This document shows positions 58,218 to 64,000 of a stretch of 64,000 bases of DNA, piece after piece. A model generated the notes under the pieces. It saw only the letters and a program-made list of their open reading frames with translations. It was not told the origin of the DNA and did no database searches. The stretch lies in the IMG/VR virus record IMGVR_UViG_3300008259_004660, positions 96,001 through 160,000 of that record. The stretch is one strand, 5' to 3'. Source of the DNA: a virus. Made by a program: the position numbers and the translations under genes. The first letter of the stretch is position 1. Every line of letters starts with the position of its first letter.

Positions 58218-58841
58218 ATGAAGAAAAATATAGATATTGTCAGAGATTATTTGAACGGTGAACGCCCTGTGATACAGGTTGGATATCGTGGTGATATGGA
58301 CAAATATATCATCAGAAAAGTTGGAGAACGTTGGACTGATTCCAGTGGAAAAGAATGGGAACAAAAAGATTATGGACCCGTTGCCGTGACGAGAGTTTCG
58401 GATATTATCCGCGAGGAAATGAATGATAAATGTGTATGTTGTAAGAAAGAAATAAGATGGGGAACAAGACAAGATCGTAAAATGTATTATCGTACAAAGA
58501 AATGTTTGGATTGTGTTGTGGAAGAAGAAACTCAATTAAAAATCAAAGGAAAATACAAATTGTACGAAACCAAGAAACTGCTTGAGAATGAACTATCGTA
58601 TTTAAATGATATTCGACAGAAGCTAAAAGAGAGCAAGGATTATCTTGAAAGTGAAGATTCAAAGACCCTTACATGGGCAAATTCAACAGGTATGGTTGAA
58701 GAATGGAGTAATGAAGCAAGAGGAGAATTACTTGAAAACGTCAAAAAAGATTTTGTGACTTGTTTGAAAAAAATAAAAGCGGCTGAAAAGGAGTTGAAGA
58801 AAGTAGATGGAGAAATTAGCAAAGTTCTTACCCCAAGCTGA
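58218..58841 (+). CDS. Conserved phage protein with a CxxC...CxxC zinc-binding site
   Basis: KCVCC...KCLDC followed by a helical C-terminus. Confidence 0.65.
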   Translation: MKKNIDIVRDYLNGERPVIQVGYRGDMDKYIIRKVGERWTDSSGKEWEQKDYGPVAVTRVSDIIREEMNDKCVCCKKEIRWGTRQDRKMYYRTKKCLDCVVEEETQLKIKGKYKLYETKKLLENELSYLNDIRQKLKESKDYLESEDSKTLTWANSTGMVEEWSNEARGELLENVKKDFVTCLKKIKAAEKELKKVDGEISKVLTPS

Positions 58842-59196
58842 TGTAATTGATGCATTGGCTCATAGGGTGAAATCAAGATTTTCATCGTCCGATGGGAAAT
58901 GTGAATACATGGCCCAAGAACTTGTAAAGGAACTAAGAAGCAGAGGAATAAGAGCGGAGCATGTGATGGGGATATTCACATTGGATGAACCGGGAGCATG
59001 GAAATATAGATCGGATGAAGATGAAAATTTGGATGAATATCAAGTCAATCACGATTGGGTAAATGTTGAAGGAAAAATATTGGATATATCAGCGGACCAA
59101 TTCAAGAAATATGTTTATGTGAACATACCTGATGTGGTGTATATAAGTTACTCTGATCCATTATACAGATATTACGAGGAACTTGGACATGTCTGA
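58807..59196 (+). CDS. Small transglutaminase/papain-like fold protein (Cys-His-Asp)
   Basis: GKCEYMA...NHDWV...ILDISADQF pattern. Start uncertain. Confidence 0.5.
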   Translation: MEKLAKFLPQADVIDALAHRVKSRFSSSDGKCEYMAQELVKELRSRGIRAEHVMGIFTLDEPGAWKYRSDEDENLDEYQVNHDWVNVEGKILDISADQFKKYVYVNIPDVVYISYSDPLYRYYEELGHV

Positions 59197-60835
59197 GGGT
59201 AAGACTAAAAATCTCAAAGATGTAATCAGAGAAGAATACATCAAGTGCGCCAAAGATCCAATATACTTCATGAAGAAGTATGTGAAAATCCAACATCCTA
59301 CACGCGGCACTTTGCCATTTATCACATACCCATTTCAGGATAAAGCATTGGAAAACTTTGTTCATCATAACCAAAATATTATTCTTAAAAGCCGCCAAAT
59401 GGGAATTACAACATTGGTAGCGGGATATAGCATATGGTTGATGACGTTTCATAATGACAAACAGATACTTTGCTTGAGTATTACACAAGAAACATCCAAG
59501 GCAATTGTAACCAAAGTAAGATTTGCAAACGATAATTTACCAAGTTGGTTGAAAGTACCAGCAGTTGAAGATAACAGACTATCACTGAAACTAAAGAATG
59601 GATCCGAAATTAAAGCAGCAAGTAGTGCTGGTACATCTGGTCGTTCAAGTGCATTGTCATTGCTCGTAGTAGACGAAGCTGCGTTTATTGATAACATAGA
59701 AGAAATTTGGTTATCATCCCAATACACATTATCAACGGGTGGTAAAGCAATTATCCTATCAACTCCGAATGGCGTAGGTAATTGGTTCCATAAGATGTGG
59801 ACAGAATCCGAGGAAGGATTGAACAGTATGAATAGAATCAGTCTTCCTTGGCATCTTCATCCAGAGCGAGATCAAAAATGGAGAGATGAACAAACCAAAC
59901 TCTCTGGAGAAAGAGGAGCCGCCCAAGAATGTGATTGTGAATTCAGCACATCTGGTAACACTGTAATTGAAATTCCAATACTTGAATGGTACAGCAAGAA
60001 TCAAGTAACAGAACCAATTGAAAAACGGGGAATGGATAGAGGCTATTGGATATTTAAATATCCAGAAGCTGGAAAATCATATATGGTGAGCGCCGACGTA
60101 GCCCGTGGTGATGCATCAGATTATAGCGCCGCTCAAATATTAGATATTGAAACAATGGAGCAAGTGGCAGAATATAAAGGAAAATTGCCAACCAAAGAAT
60201 ATGCTCGTGCGCTAATCACAATGGCAACAGAATACAATAATGCACTGCTTGTGATAGAAAACGCAAATGTTGGTTGGGCAGTCATACAGGAAGTATTGGA
60301 CAACAGTTATCCAAATTTGTTTTATAGTTCATCGGATCTTCAATATGTTGATGTCGAAAATCAAATGACCAACAAGATAAATGCGCAAGAAAAGAAGATG
60401 ACTCCGGGGTTCACCACTTCAAACAAGTCTAAGCCTCTTCTAATATCAAAGCTTGAAAGCTATTTCAGAAATAAGGAAGTTATTATTCATAGTAAAAGAT
60501 TGGTTGAAGAATTACAAGTGTTTATATGGAAGAGTGGTGCTGTGTCATCAAAGGCAGAAGCAATGGATGGATATAATGATGACCTTGTTATGTCTTTGGG
60601 AATTGGACTTTGGATAAGAGATGTCGCGCTAAGATTAAGAAAAGACTCAGAAACTATAACAAGAACCATACTTGATAGAATAGGGTCTACTTCAAATGAC
60701 CAAGTAAAAGGCAACATGCAATCCTTGTATAGAAATACAAATCCATTTGGAACGCAGCCAAACCCGTGGCAAATGAAGGTTGGTGGTCATGGCTCAAGTC
60801 AGCAACCAATCGACTTAACATGGTTATTAAAATGA
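59189..60835 (+). CDS. terL: Terminase large subunit (T4 gp17-like)
   Basis: PYPFQ-like TYPFQD, ILKSRQMGIT, LVVDEAAF, LSTPNG, ADVARG..SDYS and NDDLVM motifs. Confidence 0.93.
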   Translation: MSEGKTKNLKDVIREEYIKCAKDPIYFMKKYVKIQHPTRGTLPFITYPFQDKALENFVHHNQNIILKSRQMGITTLVAGYSIWLMTFHNDKQILCLSITQETSKAIVTKVRFANDNLPSWLKVPAVEDNRLSLKLKNGSEIKAASSAGTSGRSSALSLLVVDEAAFIDNIEEIWLSSQYTLSTGGKAIILSTPNGVGNWFHKMWTESEEGLNSMNRISLPWHLHPERDQKWRDEQTKLSGERGAAQECDCEFSTSGNTVIEIPILEWYSKNQVTEPIEKRGMDRGYWIFKYPEAGKSYMVSADVARGDASDYSAAQILDIETMEQVAEYKGKLPTKEYARALITMATEYNNALLVIENANVGWAVIQEVLDNSYPNLFYSSSDLQYVDVENQMTNKINAQEKKMTPGFTTSNKSKPLLISKLESYFRNKEVIIHSKRLVEELQVFIWKSGAVSSKAEAMDGYNDDLVMSLGIGLWIRDVALRLRKDSETITRTILDRIGSTSNDQVKGNMQSLYRNTNPFGTQPNPWQMKVGGHGSSQQPIDLTWLLK

Positions 60836-60862
60836 TTATCTTATAAAAATATAACGAGTATA

Positions 60863-60870
60863 TATTTATA
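60863..60870 (+). promoter_or_regulatory. Putative late-promoter motif TATTTATA
   Basis: 29 nt upstream of the ATG at 60900. Confidence 0.55.
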
Positions 60871-60899
60871 CTTTAGGCGCTCATATATATACAATACTT

Positions 60900-62813
60900 A
60901 TGGCTGATCAAAAAGACTTATTTAGTAGACTGAAAAAGATGTTCTCTACGGACGTTATTGTTCGTAATGTGGGCGGAAAGAAAATCAAAGTTGTAGACAC
61001 AGATGAAATACAATACGCAACAGACAGAAATAGTTTGCGCGACCGTTTTAATCGCTTAAGAAGTTCAACATATAATCTTCATAATCGCGATTTGAGCATG
61101 GCATATCAGTCAAGCCGTCTTGAGTTATTCAGAGATTATGATGTAATGGACATGGATCCTATCATTGCATCTGCATTGGATATTTATAGCGATGAATGCC
61201 TTGTACCAAGTGAGTTTGGTAATGTTCTTACTATTCGATCCAAGAATGAAAATATCAAGCGCATTCTTCATAATTTGTTTTATGACATAATGAATGTTGA
61301 GTTCAACATGTGGAGTTGGACTCGTAACATGTGCAAATATGGAGATTTCTTTTTGCGCATGGAAATATCTCCCGAGTATGGTGTGTATCTTGTTCATCCA
61401 ATCAGTCCATATGAAATCACACGCATAGAAGGTAGTGATCCAAAGAACATCAATTATGTAAAATACCAACATGATGGTGTTGGCGGCGGAATGGAATATG
61501 AAAATTTTGAAATCGCACACTTTAGACTTTTGAGCGACAGCAATTTTCTTCCATATGGAAAATCGATGGTTGAACCAGCACGCCGTGTATGGAAGCAATT
61601 GAGCTTAATGGAAGATGCCATGCTTATTCATCGTATCATGCGTGCACCAGAAAAGAGAATATTCTCAATTGACGTTGGCAATATTCCTCCTGCTGATATT
61701 GACACGGCGATGCAAAAAATCATCAGCCAAGTCAAGAAAGTTCCATACATTGATGAGAAAACAGGAGATTATAATCTAAGATTCAATCTTAACAACATGA
61801 TTGAAGACTTTTATCTGCCTGTTCGTGGCAGTGACAGTGGAACAAAGATCGATACGTTGCCGGGAATGGAATTCACTGGTATTGATGATCTTGAGTATAT
61901 TAGAAACAAAATGATGGCCGCACTCAAGATTCCAAAGGCGTTTCTTGGATATGAAGAAGGATTAAGTGGCAAAGCGACACTTGCGGCGGAAGATGTAAGA
62001 TTTGCTCGTACTATTGGGCGCATTCAGCGCATTCTTATTTCCGAATTAACCAAAATTGCAATTGTTCATTTGTATGTTCAAGGATATCAAGATGCATCTC
62101 TTGTTGACTTTGAATTGGAACTAAGTAATCCAAGCACAATCTTTGAACAAGAAAAATTGGAAATTTGGCAAAATAAAATCAATCTTGCATCGGATATGAA
62201 AGATAGCAATATGTTTAGCAAGACATGGATGTATAACAATATATTCAATATGTCAGATGTTGACATTGAAACATTGCAGAATGAGGTTGTTGGTGATAAA
62301 AAAGAAGAATGGAGACTGCAACAAATTACTGATGAGGGCAGCGATCCTGCGTTTGCAACTGGTGGAGGTGAAGGTGCTACTGGTGGAGGTGGTGCAGCAC
62401 CTGAACTTGGTGGCGGTGAAGGCGGTGGGGCGGAGGCTGGTGGAGAAGCTGGTGGATTGCCTCCGCTTGAAGAAGAACAGAAAGCCGACGAAGCCATTAT
62501 TGACGAAGAAACAAGAAAAGATCGTGAACGTGGAAATCGCGATCAAACAGGAAACAAGGAAAAATATACATCTTCGCACACCAAAAACTTTGGGGAAGAT
62601 CCTCTTGGTAACAAAGAAAACAAAGAAAAATCAAAAACAGAACGCAGAACTCGTCATATATACAGAAGCTCTGGATTGTCTTTAGAAGAAGATTTGAAGA
62701 ATATAAAAAACTCCTTGAAAAGCAAGCATGTTAATAAACAAAGAAAGGTAATTGTAGAAGGAAAATCCATATTAGATGAATCCAATATCATTGAAGAGGA
62801 TAAACCTCTCTAA
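60900..62813 (+). CDS. Portal protein (T4 gp20-like)
   Basis: LMEDAMLIHRIMRAPEKRIFSIDVGN, EDFYLPVRG, TKIDTLPG, LKIPK and EDVRFAR motifs; long Gly/Glu-rich C-terminal tail. Confidence 0.93.
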   Translation: MADQKDLFSRLKKMFSTDVIVRNVGGKKIKVVDTDEIQYATDRNSLRDRFNRLRSSTYNLHNRDLSMAYQSSRLELFRDYDVMDMDPIIASALDIYSDECLVPSEFGNVLTIRSKNENIKRILHNLFYDIMNVEFNMWSWTRNMCKYGDFFLRMEISPEYGVYLVHPISPYEITRIEGSDPKNINYVKYQHDGVGGGMEYENFEIAHFRLLSDSNFLPYGKSMVEPARRVWKQLSLMEDAMLIHRIMRAPEKRIFSIDVGNIPPADIDTAMQKIISQVKKVPYIDEKTGDYNLRFNLNNMIEDFYLPVRGSDSGTKIDTLPGMEFTGIDDLEYIRNKMMAALKIPKAFLGYEEGLSGKATLAAEDVRFARTIGRIQRILISELTKIAIVHLYVQGYQDASLVDFELELSNPSTIFEQEKLEIWQNKINLASDMKDSNMFSKTWMYNNIFNMSDVDIETLQNEVVGDKKEEWRLQQITDEGSDPAFATGGGEGATGGGGAAPELGGGEGGGAEAGGEAGGLPPLEEEQKADEAIIDEETRKDRERGNRDQTGNKEKYTSSHTKNFGEDPLGNKENKEKSKTERRTRHIYRSSGLSLEEDLKNIKNSLKSKHVNKQRKVIVEGKSILDESNIIEEDKPL

Positions 62814-62840
62814 AATTGGGGTTTTTATCAACCATGCTCA

Positions 62841-62852
62841 TATTTATAAATA
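62841..62852. promoter_or_regulatory. Late motif as the palindrome TATTTATAAATA
   Basis: Contains both TATTTATA and the T4-type TATAAATA; TATTTATA ends 14 nt before the ATG at 62863. Confidence 0.55.
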
Positions 62853-62862
62853 ATAAAATTGT

Positions 62863-63498
62863 ATGAAGAAGCTGAAACACTCTAAGTATAAGAATGCAGG
62901 TATATTATTCGAATTGTTGGTGCGTCAAGTTACTGCCGACATTCTTAACGGCCAAGAGGACTCTAAAGCAAATGGAATTCTTCGTAAGTATTTCAGCGAG
63001 TCAACAGAACTTGGTAGAGAAAATAGATTGTATAGAATCATTTTGGAAGAAAAAGCCAAGGATACATCAGCCGCCGACAGACTTCTTGAAACAATATTGC
63101 GCACCAGAAAAAAGCTTGATGAAAAAGCACTTAATGTTCAAAAATATAATTTGGTAAAAGAGATCAGTCGTCTTCTTGCATACAAGCTTCTTGTTGATTC
63201 ATTCAATGAAAAGTACAAGGGATTGGACGATAAACAAAAAGTTCTTATTCGCGAATATATCAATAATGTAAGCAACACAAATTCATTGCGTGAATATATC
63301 AATGCCGAAGTTCCATTTGTTCGTGCGCAGATAATGGAATTGAAGAGTAAGGTTGATAATGATGTTATCAAGATCAAGCTTGATGAAACACTCAATCAAT
63401 TGGACAAGATCACCAAGGGAACACTTGTGAAGGAAAATCAAATCATGGCAATGCTACTCAGCTATGAACTTATTAAAGAATTAAAAAACCTAAAATAA
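62863..63498 (+). CDS. Conserved head-morphogenesis (prohead core-like) protein
   Basis: KHSKYKNAGILFELLVRQ N-terminus; helical; immediately after the portal gene. Confidence 0.6.
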   Translation: MKKLKHSKYKNAGILFELLVRQVTADILNGQEDSKANGILRKYFSESTELGRENRLYRIILEEKAKDTSAADRLLETILRTRKKLDEKALNVQKYNLVKEISRLLAYKLLVDSFNEKYKGLDDKQKVLIREYINNVSNTNSLREYINAEVPFVRAQIMELKSKVDNDVIKIKLDETLNQLDKITKGTLVKENQIMAMLLSYELIKELKNLK

Positions 63499-63505
63499 TA
63501 CACAT

Positions 63506-63823
63506 ATGACACGCAACGAACTCAAACAAATCATTAGAGAAACAATTGAAGGTGTTCAGGCAGAAGCTGCCAAAGTTTCACCGTCTGGTACAACATATAC
63601 TTTCAATCAACTTAACAAATTGCTAAGAGCAAACAAAATCATTGTATTTATTAAGTCCACGTATGATCAAGGACTCATTCAGATTGATAATGAAGACGGA
63701 TTTTTCATGGACGAAGGTGATGATGGTGATCAAGCAGTACATGCTGCTGGGGGAGGTTACAAGTATGAATTTGGTGCAGACTTTGAAGAAGTATATGTTG
63801 CTCAAAAAGTGAATCTTAAATAA
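63506..63823 (+). CDS. Putative internal head protein with an N-terminal targeting helix
   Basis: N-terminus MTRNELKQIIRETIEGVQAE. Confidence 0.55.
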   Translation: MTRNELKQIIRETIEGVQAEAAKVSPSGTTYTFNQLNKLLRANKIIVFIKSTYDQGLIQIDNEDGFFMDEGDDGDQAVHAAGGGYKYEFGADFEEVYVAQKVNLK

Positions 63824-64000
63824 TGAAAGATACCAAACAAATCATTCGTGAACTTGTTGAAGAAGTCATAGAAGAAATGACAGCAACTGGTGCTGTTGCT
63901 GGTTATATGACTCCAGCGGCATTTCGTGGTCACAAGAGCAAAAAGAAGTCAGCTGAAAAATCAATGCCGGGAGGCAAAGTTGTTGGTAAAGAAGATACGG
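63823..64000 (+). CDS. 5' part of a putative head/core protein (partial; absent from the ORF track)
   Basis: TAATG overlap; MKDTKQIIRELVEEVIEEMTATGAVAGYMTPAAFRGHK..., open to the window edge. Confidence 0.65.
   Translation, partial: MKDTKQIIRELVEEVIEEMTATGAVAGYMTPAAFRGHKSKKKSAEKSMPGGKVVGKEDT

Noticed and set aside
39259-60835. Inteins, introns or homing endonucleases in primase, SbcDC or terminase
   Set aside because: The proteins have ordinary lengths with contiguous motifs, and no C...HN/C intein termini or LAGLIDADG/HNH/GIY-YIG motifs were seen.
1-64000. Alternative genetic code (stop-codon reassignment, as in some jumbo phages)
   Set aside because: Recognisable genes are full length under the standard code, with dense packing. 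TAA and TGA both end well-defined genes, and no TAG-split genes were seen.
1-64000. tRNA, tmRNA or rRNA genes
   Set aside because: Intergenic gaps are short and none showed a cloverleaf or T-loop (GTTCGA) context on reading. tRNAscan-SE/ARAGORN would be needed to exclude them formally.

Overview
AT-rich, gene-dense, almost entirely plus-strand segment of a large T4-like/jumbo myovirus genome. The basis is a gp17-like terminase, a gp20-like portal, gp25/gp6-like baseplate wedge genes, a primase, a RuvC-like resolvase, a fused SbcD-SbcC nuclease, PhoH and a gp55-like sigma factor. Host-type genes include Hsp20, a full-length DnaK (Verrucomicrobia-like from recollection, untested) and peptide deformylase. 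Three things stand out. (1) Two large glycosylation clusters (7.9-14.8 kb and 45.6-54.2 kb) encode a GT60-type polypeptide HexNAc-transferase, GT4/GT25/GT11/GT2 enzymes, UDP-galactopyranose mutase, SAM methyltransferases and a TibC/AAH-type protein O-heptosyltransferase. They sit with mucin-like (Thr-Pro)n virion proteins, suggesting a phage-encoded protein O-glycosylation system. (2) A 1300-aa protein strings together four nucleotidyl-transfer domains (ligase-like KxDG, HIGH, and two Pol-beta-like GDID) separated by L-x-E linkers that resemble prohead-protease sites, suggesting a capsid-packaged, injected polyprotein. (3) A recurrent TATTTAT(A/T) upstream motif, the reverse complement of the T4 late promoter, pairs plausibly with an AT-hook-bearing sigma factor. 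No tRNA, rRNA, CRISPR array, intein or IS element could be supported. All family assignments come from motif recognition by eye; no searches were run.
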